DNA of 64,000 nucleotides, taken from NCBI GenBank assembly GCA_043228905.1, contig JBHGNT010000005.1:14756001-14820000 (forward strand), given 5' to 3'. Positions 25,221 through 40,200 of this stretch are shown one piece after another (within the stretch, counting starts at the first letter, position 1; every line of letters begins with the position of its first letter). A model generated the notes under the pieces. It saw only the letters and a list, made by a program, of their open reading frames with translations. It did not search any database and was not told the origin of the DNA. The position numbers and the translations under genes were made by a program. Origin of the DNA: Azolla caroliniana. Its lineage: Eukaryota; Plantae; Polypodiophyta.

Positions 25221-26039
25221 TAGTCTTAGTTTTGCATACTTTTCTGATAGAAAGAAAAACATAGACCATAAGCCAAAACCCCTAATCCTAATAGTAAATT
25301 TTGTCAGCTTTTTGTTTCATTCTGACAATAACTAATCAAAAGTTAAGTCGAGCTAAGTTTTCTCCCACTTCAATGGCTTAACGATTTCCCATGTGAAATC
25401 AGGGTCATCGCAAGCAAAGTAACCATAATCAACTGTGTTTTGGTAACGTTTGTTTCCGCCTCTAAGAAGGTCGATGTGGATAGCCATCATCCTAGGTTAG
25501 AAATCATTGGGACACCGATAGCATGGGACCGCTATACATATATGATGACAAACAATATCGAGTTAGAACTAGTTCGTACCTATATACATTTTATACATCT
25601 GCACACAAACATGCAACCATTGGGATTGACTAAGGACAAAAGAATTTGTGGTCATCAAAATCGTTCAAGAAATCAATAAAAAGATTGAACTTGTTATAGT
25701 TAAGTGCATAAAATTTGTTACGCTCTTTTATGTATGAAATGAAATAGAATTGTAACAAAATGCAACATTCTAAATACATTTGATATAGTTCTCTGATATT
25801 TCACACCTAAAAGTGTCAAATTACTTGCCTAAAGAAAAATATTTCTCATCATTTCCTTTTAATTTCAAGAATAAAAAGGAAACTCAATGAATATGTACAT
25901 TAAGCTATTTTCCTAAACTACTATACATTCTTTGACCAATATGCACAATCAGACTTTGTTTCTATTAAGCTCCTAAGGAGAAAACATGACACAATGAATG
26001 AAGAACAAGGCCCAACATCCACCAAGGTGGCAAGACAAA

Positions 26040-26421
26040 TACACACCTGGAAAAGGCAAAAATGGGCAAGTCCTGTTGCGATAATAATCTTTGCAACTTG
26101 CGTCACAATGTAAGCTCCACTCCCTTGGTAGGGTCCTTCTTAGATAAAGCACTACCACCATGTCAATAATAATCTTCCTCCTCGTCAGACCACATCACCA
26201 TGAGGACCTCCAATCACAAACCTCCAAGAAGGATTCAAGTGGAAAATAGTCTTCCCATCCAAATACTTCTCAGGAATAACATGCTTAATTACACACTCTT
26301 TCAAATAAGCGCCGATCTTATCATTGGTCACCATCTCATCATGTTGAGTGGATATCAGAATGGTATGGACACAGATCGGGACCATTGCACCAAAATCGTT
26401 CTTATACTCTACAGTGACTTG
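26040..26421 (-). pseudogene. S-adenosylmethionine synthetase (SAMS/MAT) internal fragment, decayed
   Basis: [34 protein letters not shown]...[37 protein letters not shown], then in shifted frames KDPTK and SGAYIVTQVAKIIIATGLA. Confidence 0.92.
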
Positions 26422-27079
26422 AAGTCTTTCCAGTTTAATATGACAAATTATACACAAAATGCGGAAACTCTACATATTGAAGCAGAAGAAAGAGAAGTGG
26501 AAGGAGGAGGAAGAGGAACAAGGAAGTTGAAAGAGAAGTTACCGAAAGGAGAAGGCGGCAGAGTTGAAGCAAAAAACAAAGAAGGAGAATTTGTTGCAGA
26601 TGTCGAAACCCTAAAACCCTAAACCGTCGACTAGGGTTTCAATTTGATCTCACACCACAGTTTATATACATGCATATAAATGTGAGTTGGGCACTTGAAA
26701 AGTGTGAAGTCAGGCGGCTTCTACTGAGTCCGGCGAGTGAAGTCAGGCGACTCAAGTAGTGTCAGGTGACTGAGGAGAGGGGAGTAGGGCGATTGAATAT
26801 CATGACGTTGGGCGACTCACAAGTAGTTGAGCGATAGAGGGTGTCAGAATCAAGCGACTACTGGCAGCTTTTTTATTGGCACTCTTTGTTTACCTAGATC
26901 GAATGGTGCAGATCGCACGCTCCCTTAGTTTAGTGAATTGCACCGTCTGTGCCCGCAATTCCCTCGCAAGGCCCCTTTATGATTCAGGTGCAAATAGACA
27001 CGTCGATGCGTTTCATCATCCAATAGATACATACATGCATATTATTATTATTATATGTTTTTTTGTTATGATTATAATT

Positions 27080-27231
27080 TGGGTGTGTGTGTGTGTTGTA
27101 TTTATTATTAAAGACACACACACATATAATAAATACAAAACACACACACACACAATATATATACATACATATATATATATATATGTATGTATAAATAGTT
27201 AGATAGACGAAGGCGGCGGCGGCTGTTGTGA

Positions 27232-27264
<33 letters not shown>

Positions 27265-27502
27265 TAAGTTCGTAACCAACCCCAAGGCCAAAAGGCCAAA
27301 AGGCCATCCATCCATCGAAAGAAAGAAAGAAAGAAAGAAAGAAAACTACCGGGTATCATATTGTTGTGCCCCATCCCCTCCTGCTGAGTTTGAGAATTTG
27401 TTCTCATTCTCTCTCTCTCCGTCTCTGCGTCTGCTGCACTGTTGCGGAAAGAAGAAGAAGAAGAAGAAGAAGAAGAAGAAGAAGAAGAAGAAGAAGAAGA
27501 AG
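27080..27502. repeat. Microsatellite cluster upstream of and in the 5' UTR of LC8: (GT/CA)n, (TA)n, (TC)n, (GAAA)n, (GAA)~18
   Basis: Visible directly; the (GAA)n run at ~27448-27502 ends ~17 nt before the ATG. Confidence 0.95.
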
Positions 27503-27518
27503 GGAGACGTGTATCGCC

Positions 27519-29158
<1,640 letters not shown>

Positions 29159-29607
29159 TGAAAGAATTCCTTTGTATACGGAACGTCTAGTTTTGCTTTC
29201 TAATAAACAATATTAGGCCAGAAAGTATGTTTAAATTTAACTTCGATGGGAAACCTCCCATCTAACCAAATTTAAGTTATATGATATCTTTTCCACCACT
29301 TTCTTTTCATTGTTTTCATTGCTTTATATAAGGGATGCATAAATTAAAGCTTAGCCAAATCTAGGTTTTCCTGGAATTCTGGACTAGCATTCAGAGTCTA
29401 TTTTGCCGTTGCAACTCTAATTTCTATTAAATAAACAATGAGCTTTAAGATTTCACAAACCAACCAACATTTCTTGATGTGAATACTGTGAAATTAAGAC
29501 AATTAGTACAATAACCGAGGACCATTACTGTAGCGCTAACTAGAATAATCATATTCTAGGAGTGATCTAGCTCCTCTAGAAATGAAGATTGATAAAATAG
29601 AAGAAGG

Positions 29608-29810
29608 GTAGCTGGATTGATGGGAATAGTATTTGTGAGTTTTCAATCTTCAATTTTGTGTGCATAAACTCACACATACATGATTTTGTAAAGTGCATAA
29701 ACAAGTCACACATACATTATTTGGTAAATGTAGTTGGATTGATGGAAAATAGTATTTGTGAATTTACAATCTTCAATTGTGTGTGCATAAACTCACACAT
29801 ACATGATTTG
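29608..29810. repeat. ~120-bp-period duplication downstream of LC8
   Basis: gtagytggattgatggraaatagtatttgtg...tgcataaactcacacatacatgattt occurs twice. Confidence 0.85.
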
Positions 29811-31977
29811 ATCATTTACCAAATTGACATTGTATTTTTAAACGAAATGTAAATTGTCATATTAAAAAGAGGTAAACACCAATGCAAGTTTCCTTTTACT
29901 TTTTCTCCATTCTTCCCTTTTTTTCTTGCGCTAATCAATGTTCTAGTGAACACTAAATCTTTACCAGCTTGCTTTGATATATTCAATTTTTTATTTGTCA
30001 CGTATTTAAAAATTAAGACACCTTTTGAGACCAATCACGTCTAACTTTGATAAATGAAGTTGCAACTTGTTAAGAATTTTTGTTGTATTTTTTTGAGCTT
30101 GTTAAAGACTTCTAGTTGGAGTAAAATAGGTTATTGGTGTAAGAAATCAAGCAATAACACAAGAGATAGGAAGAAGATTATAGTGAGAGAGAGATCAAGA
30201 AACTAACAGTTGTATTTCTCACACCACATGAATAGTGGTTACAATGTGTATATACAAAAGAGAGGGTAGTTACAAAATGCTTTTATAAAAGAGGGGTGTT
30301 TTAAGAAATATTATTTATTACTTTATTAATAATAATATGTTTTATTTTTACTCCTAATATTATACTTTATTTTATATTTTAACACCCCCCCATAAAATAA
30401 AGAGTTTATTTTTCTTTATTGATCTTACTAATACTAAGACCAGTTTTATTACAACAATTCCAATGTTTTTGTTGTGGTACTGGATTTGTCAAAAAATCCG
30501 GCCACATTGTTGTAGTAGATGTGTAATGTAAAGGCATTTCTTTTGCTTCTATCAACTCTTGAATAAAATGATGTCCTGCTCTTATATGTTTGTTTTGATC
30601 CGTGATCTTTGGATTAATAGCTAGCTTAATGCATGATTGATTGTCACAAAATACTTTGACTTCATTAAGCTTTATGATGTTGAGCTCTTCAATGATCGTC
30701 TTTATCCACAATCCTTCTTTCACCGTTAATGCTGCTGCAACATATTTCGCTTCAGTGCTAGAAAGAGCCGCAGATACTTGACGTTTGGTTCTCCATGCAA
30801 TTGTCCCATCGGCAAATGTGAAAACTATACCAGATGTTGAGCGGGAGGTACCAAAGCCCCTCCCCAATCGGAATCCGTCCAACCAACTAATGGTGTTTGG
30901 AGCCAACCATTAAGTTTGGACGAATTTCTAGATTGGAAAGACTTGTATGTTAGACCTATGTCTTTAGTGTATTGTAGATAACGAATAACTCTCTTTAAAG
31001 CATTCCAATGAGCTACTACGGGATTCTGCATAAATCTAGAAAGAAAACCAGTCGAGTAAGACAAATCCGGATGTGTACAACTCACAAGATACCTTATACA
31101 TACTTCCAAGGATTTGTCGATAAGGAAGTGTTTTCATGGGTAGCTCTTGTTCCACGGTCTTTGGACTATCATTGGATGCTAGTTTGCATGGTACGATCAT
31201 TGGTGATGCAAAGGTTTACAATCGGACATCTCGAACTTGTGAAGAATTTCTTCGACCAACTTCCGTTTTGACATAGTAAGTGTGCCTTCCGTCCTATTCC
31301 TTGTTACCTTGATACCAAAGCAATACTCTAGTGGTCCAAGGTCTTTGACGGGAAACTTCTCCTTGAGTTGATTTATAGCCTTTCGCATTGAAGTAGTAGA
31401 GTTAGAGGCAATTAGCAAATCATCCACATACACACCGATGATTACATAGTCACTTCCTTCTTTACGAATGTAAAGATTTGGCTCGGCTTGAAGACGCCGA
31501 AAATTAATAGACATAAGAAATGTATGTCGCTTGTGGTGCCACATTCGCGGAGATTGTTTCAAACCATACAATGATTTATGAAGCTTTACAAACATACTTT
31601 GGGAATTTTGAATTTTCAAAAAATGGTGGTTGTTGCATGAATATTTCTTCATTTAAGTCACCATGTAAAAATGCGGTTTCGATATCCAAGTGGTGAAGTT
31701 TAAGATTAAAACCGGCCGAAAAAGCAAGCATGGTTCGTAATGGAACCATTTTTTGTGTCGAAGCAAATGTTTCTTTAAAATCCACGCTACGAATTTGTGA
31801 AAAACCACGAGTGACAACACGAGCTTTATATCTCATCACTACACCATATACATCCTTCTTCTTCGTGAGTACCCACTTACTAGATATGACGTCGCGATTC
31901 TTCGGTCATGACACCAAAGTCCATGTTCCATTTCGCATGAGTGCATCCATCTTCGTTTGCATCGCCGACTTCCACAT

Positions 31978-32523
31978 TGTTGGGATATGTCCCTCCAGTG
32001 GGAGGATGATCCGACTGTTCGGAAAGCCGACGGCCTCGACCGAAACCGGAATTGTGTAAATAGCCAACTCGGGAGACTATATTTGTAAATAGTCTAAGTG
32101 TTCGCCCCATGAGGGCTACATATGTAAATAACCAAAAAGTTGCGTAAGTATATACGCAACTAGGGCAAACTTTAACTGTGTGACAAACAGAGTCGACAGT
32201 GCAGAAGTTGTAGTGCACTTGAGAGAGAGCGAGAGAGACAGAGTGTGTGTGTGAGCCATGCCATAGCTGTGTGTGTAACAGCAGACGCGAAGAGCCCTGT
32301 GCGGCTAATACACTCAACAGAGTGTTGTATTTCTCTCAGTGTTGTATATCCACTTTGTATAGTGAAGAAATCTGTTCACCCGTGGTTTTTCCCCGTTTTA
32401 GGGTTTCCACGTAAATCTCTGTGCACTCTTGTTCATTTTCTTTTTTCTTTGGCATATTTCTGTGATTCGTATTTCGGCAGTGTCTGTTCATTCTGATTTA
32501 TATTCCGCAATGATTTCTCAACA
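31978..32523 (+). mobile_element. Solo LTR related to copia B, inserted in D
   Basis: TGTTGGGA...TCAACA termini with TSD CACAT; shares motifs with the B LTR (ctatatttgtaaatag, tagggcaaactttt, cgtggttttt...gggtttccac). Confidence 0.92.
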
Positions 32524-33093
32524 CACATTTCACTCTCGGGACCATTAAGGGCTGCTTTTGGAGTGAGATTTTTGTCCTCAAGTGGAATGTCACTCTCGTC
32601 ATCTTCAAACTCGTCAATAGGCTTCGGTCCGAAGTCGGCCGTAAGTGCTTTGAATGGACGCGTGGCTTCCATAATTTCGTAAATATTACAAAAATTTTGC
32701 TTCATTGGTTGCGACTGATCATCAAAATCTTCATTTGTTGGGTAAGTGTCTGTCAAAGTAAACATGCGGAAGCGTTCGACAAACGGCTCAGTCGGACAAC
32801 AACAGAAGATGAGCAGAAAACTTAACACACATAGAGAGTACGCGTACGCAAGAGAGATAGAGAGAGATAGAACATAAACTCTATTAAAAAAATACTCTAA
32901 AACTCTGTGTCCATAGAATGTGCTTAGAGAACACTTTTATACAAGTCCATAAAGGACTGACAAAAATATTGACAAGTACTTCAATGCTCATACAAGCGAT
33001 TGTCACTGACTCCCTAAAATCGACCCATCGGTTCCTTCGTGTCGGTGTCGACTTCCGTTGCCTTCTCGATATCGTGACGATTTTCGGCTACAG

Positions 33094-33615
33094 TGTGAAA
33101 CTGAGTGAGACGAATAAACCAAGGATGTGCAACATTGCACATGCACTTAGCAAATAAACCTAAGGCCTAGTGCCACTTGAGTTCATACAAAGGGGTGCAA
33201 GCAAGGTTTGAACCTTGCACCTCTAAGATACAAGATGATTGCCTTACCACTAGGACAACTATCATATAGTGTTGGTTTTATGTATTTCCTTTTCATATAC
33301 GAATTATAGATGAAACAACCATAGAAAACCATGTGCACAAAACCATGGTTCTAAACACATGGTTTGTACATGACATAAGCAAAACCGTGTGCACAAAACC
33401 ATGGTTTTAGCCCATGGTTTTGTGCATGTCACAAGCATGGAAAGACCTATAAAAGCCTCTAGTTGGGCTTGTGTAAGGGGGGCTCAATATGTGATATCAC
33501 CAACACCATTATCGTCAATATAATTATATTTGTCTTTATCTTCTTCATATTTTTCTACTTCTCAAGTGTACAATCTTTCTTCTTCTCAAGTGAACAAATT
33601 TCATCTAATCTTACA
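33094..33615 (+). mobile_element. LTR-like insert (probable solo LTR) in the 3' region of C
   Basis: TGTGA...TTACA termini, CCTATAAAAG TATA box at ~33447 followed by a pyrimidine-rich tract, internal aaaaccatgg repeats; no TSD found, so boundaries are tentative. Confidence 0.5.
33192..33263 (-). other. tRNA-like module with Pol III A-box and B-box
   Basis: Minus strand gatagttgtcctagtggtaaggcaatcatcttgtatcttagaggtgcaaggttcaaaccttgcttgcacccc; T-arm-like gcaag-gttcaaa-ccttgc; no proper acceptor stem. Confidence 0.6.
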
Positions 33616-34517
33616 TTGATTGTCATCTCTTCGATAATTCTGCAAACATCCTCCCCAGTCCAAGACCCCGGTGGTCGCTCGAGTAGCACACGCACGCACG
33701 AATCTTCGCGACATCGTCAGCTTGGCCTTTCGTTGATCCGGCTCTTCCGAATCCAACTGTTGAACTAAATTGGCTTCCTCCAATTTGTTCCAGCTCTTGT
33801 CCGAGTTGGTAGTCTCCAAATCGTCTTCCATTTTTAGGCCCTTCACCACATCGGACCACGTCCGAGTCTTGGCCTTCTTCTGGTCAGCTTTGTCCTTCTT
33901 GACTCTGTTGCCGCTGCCGTTTGCTCCGACTTGTTCGGATGTGCCACTTCCGGTCAGCTCGGCTTTCTTTATCTTCTCATCTCCCCCCTTGGTTCTTCCT
34001 TCCTCTCCGGCTCCTTGTCCGGTGCCATCTGTTCCCATTCTTGTTCTCCCCCTCAAGTGCGGTACATCGAGATGTTGAATGCCGAGCATCTCCGAAAGAT
34101 GCTACAACTTGTCCGATCCGAGCATCTTGGTGAAGATGTTGGCAACCTGCCGATCCGTGTGAACATATCGAAGTTCAACTTCACCGCTCAAGACCCGCTC
34201 ACACACAAAGTGATAATGCATTTCTATGTGCTTTGCTCGAGCGTGGAATACAGGGTTCTTGGTGAGCTGTATGCTGCTTATGTTGTCGCAGTAGATTAGG
34301 ATCGGGGTCAGCACCTCGATCCGGAGGTCTCGTAGCAGTCGCCGAAACCAGATGGCTTCATAAGTGACAATGGTAGCGCCCCGGTATTCAGCCTTAGTGC
34401 TCGATAGAGCCGCTTTTTGTTGCTCCAAGAAACAACCGTGCTACCAAGAGAAAACATGTAATCGGAGGTGGATCGGTGGTCTGATACATCACCAACCCAG
34501 TCCTTCGTGCCGCTAAC

Positions 34518-34858
34518 TCTTACCCATAGGAGTTGTATGGGGCGGTATAAGGGTAAAACACGTTAAAGGGGTTGTTCGGTATGTGTAATGTATATGAGTG
34601 TGAGGATGAGTATGTGTAAGCACATGCACAATTATGTGAATGTGACAAGAATGTAAGGGTCTCTTTTTGTAATGGACATATTATTTACTGTTACATTATG
34701 TACTATAAAAATCCCTTATGGGGGCACATAAGGAAGATAGTTTTTTCCCCTCATTTTTGGTGTCATATTGTATTCTCACTCTCCTTAGCTCTCTCTATTG
34801 TAATCCCCTTGGGAGGGGGATGAAGCCTTTCTAGGCTTCACCCCCCACCCCAACAACA
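34518..34858 (+). mobile_element. Family X solo LTR inserted in C
   Basis: Homologous to 7371-7715 (cacatgcacaattatgtg, terminal GGGGG..TGAAGCC/GGCTTCACCCCCC hairpin, CAACA end); TSD CTAAC. Confidence 0.92.
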
Positions 34859-36999
34859 CTAACATACCAGAGTATCCAGTGTGCGCACTAAAAGTGCTCG
34901 ACGGTCGGCTTCTGCATGAATTGGCTGATCACTCTGACTGGGTAACTGATGTCGGGTCGGGTGATCGTCACGTATATAAGGCTTCCGACAATTTGTTGGA
35001 ACCGTTTCTCATTGCAGGCCGGTCCGGAGTTGGGACATAGCTTAAAGTTCCAGTCCAGGGGTGTGGAGATCGGTTGGCATTCCGTCATGCCGAACTTGTA
35101 CAACATATTCAACACATAGTGGCGTTGTGAGAGCAATATGTCGTCGGGGGTCCTTATCACCTCGATCCCAAAAAATAATGAAGGTCCCCTAGGTCCTTCA
35201 TTTCAAATGCGTCCGATAGTTGGGACTTCACTCGGCCGATTCCATCGAGTTCGGGTCCGTGTGATGACTAAATCATCTACATAAAGCAAAATGCAAATCG
35301 GACCATCCGGACCGTTCCAGATGAACAATGAAGAGTCGTATTTAGAGGCCACAAACCCCATCTCATGCAACCGGTGTGTGATCTTCGCATTCCAAGCTCG
35401 GGGGGGCTTGTTTCAGACCGTAAAGTGACTTCTTGAGGTCCCATGTCTTGTTGGCATCTAGTGCCTGCATTTCTTCCTCCATAGCAGCACGCCAATTTGC
35501 GTCTTTTGCTGCTTCTACGTAGCTCTCTGGCTCACACACTTCTGCCACCTAAGTCATGTACGCATAGTGATGCGCCATGTACTCATTGTACCCGTACCTC
35601 ATGACGGGGTTCTTCTGGTGGGTTGACCGGCATAACGTGTCATTACCCGGTTTGAGGCCCTTCTTGGCCGGTTCAGACTTCCTTTTTGAAGATATGCCTT
35701 CTTCCTTTTCGGGGTCAGATTCGCTCCTATCCGACCCTTCACTACCGGTATCGTATTCCGACATCTTCTTCTTCCCCTTCTCTTTACGCGTGAATCGTCT
35801 CCTCGGTTCCTTGCGCGGGGAGAGCATGACAGAGTCTCCACTATTTGTTGGTTCTTCATCCGACTGGTTATCTCAACTCAGCCGCTCATTCGGCCCACTT
35901 AGCCGGAAGGAGATCAGACTCTCTTCTAGAGTGCTGAAGTCTTCGTCTTCTACCTGGACCTCCTCAGGCTCACTAGCTTCATCTTCTGGAATCGGGTCTT
36001 CGTTGGGAGTTGGAGTTGGTAGGGTGTACCATGATGCCGACTCATCAAACTTGACATCTCGACTTACTCGTACATGTTTAGTCCAGGGGTTATAACACTT
36101 ATACCCTTTCTACTCATGTGAGTAAACGACCAAGATGCACTTCTCCGACTTCGGATCTAGCTTCTTCCACTTCTCGTCCGGTACATGCACATATGCTATG
36201 TTACTGAATATCCGAAGGTGTCTCAAATTTGGCTTCCACCCAAAATATAGCTCATGTGCGGATGCGTTTGTCTTCGATCCTGTTTGGATGTAGACGGTTG
36301 TCCGACCGCCTCAGTCGAGTAGAATTGGGGCATGCTCTTCTCCTCCAGCATTGCCCTTGCTGCATTGACAATCGACCGGTTCTTCCTTTCGGCCACACCG
36401 TTTTGCTTTGGTGTGTATCTGTTGCTAAATTCTCTCCAAATTCCCTTTTACCGCTGTCGTGCCTTTCGGCTCCGGATCGTTGCGTGAGTCGGGTGGGAAC
36501 CACAGAGGTCTTGGACTAGGAGAAAGAAGTTCGTGAGATAGAGATTAATTATGAGTAAATAGCAAAGAGAAAGATAAGAAACTCGTGAATCACACGAGCA
36601 TACTATATTAATTGGTACTTAGGGTGTTAAGAGAGAAGTAGACGTATAAATCGTGAATCCCACGAATAATTTTTGTATTGATTAATCCTTAATCCAAATA
36701 ATCAACAACCCTTTACATATTTCTCTCCTCCTTATATAAGGAAAGAAGAGCTAAGCATGGCTTCATGCTTTTTTTTTTACAAAAAGTGTTCATGTCCACT
36801 AAATGTGTATGTGATGCTTTTTTATTTCCTAAGTATAGGGCTCATGCACGCTAGAAGATGTGCATGAGTTATTTTTAGTGTCTCGCGTTTTTCTTTTTCA
36901 TATATTAAAAGAAATACACGATTTACCTTTTAATAAAGGTATGCATAAATAAAAGGTCTTATACGTATTAAATCTATATTTAAAACACTTAAGATAAGT

Positions 37000-37090
37000 T
37001 AATGTAATGGTAAGGTTGGGGTTTGTCAACGTGGAGGTGCAGAGTTCGAATCACGCCCTGCGCAGTAGTGAGTATTTCCTTTCTTTTTAC
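37000..37090 (+). other. tRNA-like A/B-box module in U3 of the element E 3' LTR (antisense to the element)
   Basis: taatgtaatggtaagg...ttgtcaa...gaggtgcagagttcgaatc, followed ~30 nt later by a TTTTT run. Confidence 0.6.
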
Positions 37091-37112
37091 ATTTATGTCT
37101 CTTTATCCGGCT

Positions 37113-37212
37113 CTTCCTTGCCGGTATGCCGTTTTCTTCCTTTCCGGTATGCCGTTTTCCTCCTTTCCGGTATGCCGTTTTTCCTCCTTGCCGGTATGCC
37201 GTTTTCTTCCGG
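37113..37212. repeat. 21-22-bp tandem repeat in element E U3 (also at 43613-43712)
   Basis: ttccttkccggtatgccgtttt, about 4 copies. Confidence 0.9.
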
Positions 37213-37277
37213 TTCTCACCGAGCACTCCATTCTCTATCCGGGGGGACAAAAATATAATTTCCACATAGTGTGCAAC

Positions 37278-40200
37278 CTACACTACGACACTCGCCCCCT
37301 CCAAACCCGCACATCCTCCGGTATGTGCCGAAGTTCTTGATTCTTTGTATCCGTCTTCATCCGAAGCTTCCTCCGATTCTCCCCTTATGTCGACTATGAG
37401 TTGTAATCCACTTTCTTCGCTTCCCGCATAATTGTGGTCTTCGTCCGATTGCTCCTCGTTGTCGGCCTCGACTTGGATCACATAAGGTTTGTCGTCGGTC
37501 CGCTTCTTGAAAATCTTCACCCGTTTCCCGGCTATAGGCACTCGTAGTATTGTTCCATCCAACTCGGACAGTCGGTACGTCCCGTTGTCGAAGACCTTCC
37601 GAACCTCGTACGGCCCGAACCACCTTTTCGCGAATTTCCGCATCGTTGTATGTTGATGGTCCAAGCTACTATCATAGACGATCACCCAATCTCCTTCTTC
37701 AATCCTCCTCGGTCGTAGTCGGTGCTTTGTGTCGAACCGGCTTTTGTTCCGGAACCGTGCTTCTTGTTGTCGGCGTGACGCTTCCGCTACATCTTTCGGT
37801 CTTCCCTCCAGTTGTCGTATCCGGACCGCTAGTAGTTCTTCCCGGCTCATCTCTTCCTTCCACGGTAGTATTGTCCATGTCGCGATTGCGGTTTCCGTTG
37901 GCATTACCGGTGCTTGTCCGGTCATGAGTTCTGCCGGCATGTAACCGGTCACGGAGCTATGCGTCGTCCGATCCGCCCATAGTGCATACGGAAGCATTTG
38001 TGGCCAATCCTTCACCCTTCCGTCGCATGCCTTCGCAAGTGCTTTCACGATCGGACTATGTCCTCGTTCGATCTTCCCGTTGGCCTCCGGATTGTAGGCC
38101 GTTGTCAACGTTAACCGAACTCCATGTTTGGCGAAGAATCCCCTAGCTTTGTCCGAGTCGAGTTCTCCCCGGTCCGCAATCACTTGTCCTACGCAGCCGT
38201 ACCTACAAAACACTTCTTCCAAAAGAAATTGGCACACCGCGGCACACGTTTTCCTCCGAAGCGCTCGACCTTCAACTTGGTTTGTGAGATCTTCTCGAGC
38301 TAACACCAAGTATTTCTTTTGTCCAATCCCGGTCGGCATAGCTACAATGTCGACCATCCACTTGAAGTTGATTGTCGGTGAGAATGTCGGATGCAGCTCA
38401 TCTCGGTGTCGGACCCCGGAGTAGACTTGACATTTCTCGCAGCTTTCTGTGAACTCCGCGACATCTTTATACATGTTCTTCCACCAATATCTTTGCTTGA
38501 TTTTCACAAAAGTTGCCCATGTTCCTCGATGTCCAGCCCAATCGGATTCGTGGAACTCGGACATTATCCGGTTTCGTTGCTCTTTCGTCCCGACTACTCG
38601 AAGTGGTATCCCATCCGGTCTTTTCGGCGTCCTCCATATTAAACCGTTTTCCAAGAAGAACTTTTGGACTTGCCTCTTCTTCCTTCGGATCTCGGCTCTC
38701 CTTTCTTTATCATTGGTTGAATCCTCGACCTCTTGTAGCATCTTCCCGATCATCAAGGTTTCCCCCTCGTATTCTTCTTCCCGGAATTCTTGGATCACGT
38801 TCACTCGGCATATGTGTTCTGACGTGAAGTAGTCTTCGGAAACTTCTTCATTATCTGATTCGGTTATGTCGTCTTCAAACCGCGCCCTCGATAACATGTC
38901 CGCTACCGCGTTGTCCTTCCCCGAGATGTGTCGAACCTCCGGATTAAGTGACTTGACATATGCAATCCACCTTAGCATAGCCACATCCGGTATCGTACAA
39001 CACCGCATCATCCCGAGTATCGGAAGACAATCCGTCTCGATCACCACTTCAGCTCCGATCAAATAATCCCGATCCGATTTTATCGCCGACACGACTCCCC
39101 ACAATTCTCTTTTGATTTGTGCATATCCGCGTTGCCTTTCGTTGAGGACCTTTGCTCCAAATCGGATCGGATACCGCGAACCATCCGAGTCGGCTTGATT
39201 GATGACCCACCCGATACCGGTTGGACTTGTATCAACCGTTACTATGATTGGCCGCTCGTAGCTTGGCTTCTTAAGTGATTCCGCCCTCCATAGTGTCTTC
39301 TTGAGCTTCCTCATGGCTTTAGTGTGTTCCGGTTTCCACTCGAATTTCTTACCTTTTCGCAACAAGTGATAGAGCGGGTCCGCTATATGTGCATAGTGCG
39401 GAATCCATATGTGATAGAATGCACACGCACCCAGAAACCTTCGGACTTCCGATGTTGACTCACATACTTCCTTCATAGCTTGAATCGCATCGATCTTTGT
39501 TGGTGACGGTCTTCGGCCGTAGGGTCCACATAGATGTCCGACCACCAATATTTCTTCTTGCCCGAATGCCGATTTCTCCCCGGAAAGTGTTAGGTGCACA
39601 TCTTCTAGCTTTCGCAACACTTTCTCGCAATCATGAATATGGTCGACCACGAACTTTCGGCATCCCCGATCATCCATAGTCTCATCTTTTTCTTCCACCG
39701 CGCATCCTTTCATTGGAATGTCATCTAGAAACGGCATCGTTATCTCCGGGATGCAATCTCGAAGCACCTTGTTCATCGCGTTCATCATATGTGCAACCGA
39801 GTTTGTCGCTCCTTGTGGTAGTGTGCACATTCGAACTAGTCCTATCGGTGTCCGCATGGTAGTGATGTCTCGGCTCTCCACGGCGAGTTGGAATTGGTCA
39901 TACCCCGAGTATAGGTCCCCGATGGAGTATATCGCACGTCCGGCAAAAGCTTCCGCGAATTCGTCCACTATCGGACCGACTCCCGAGTTCCGGATCGTGA
40001 CCTTGTTCACCGGTTGCAAGTCTTGGATGAATCGGAGTGACCCATTCTTCTTCGGAACCGTAAACCATCGATTTGAGTACGGAGCACTTGATGGCTCTAG
40101 AATCCCCATCGCCACCTTCTCCTTGAGCAAGTCGATGACTTTCGGAATATGCGCCCGTGGCACCGGAATCGGCTTCAGGTTCCACGGTACATGATCAATC

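Noticed and set aside
26606-26640. Interstitial telomere
   Set aside because: Only 2-3 AAACCCTA-like units in mixed orientation, consistent with telo-box motifs rather than an array
33192-33263. Functional tRNA gene (also 37000-37062 and 43500-43562)
   Set aside because: Acceptor and anticodon stems do not pair properly; kept only as tRNA-like modules
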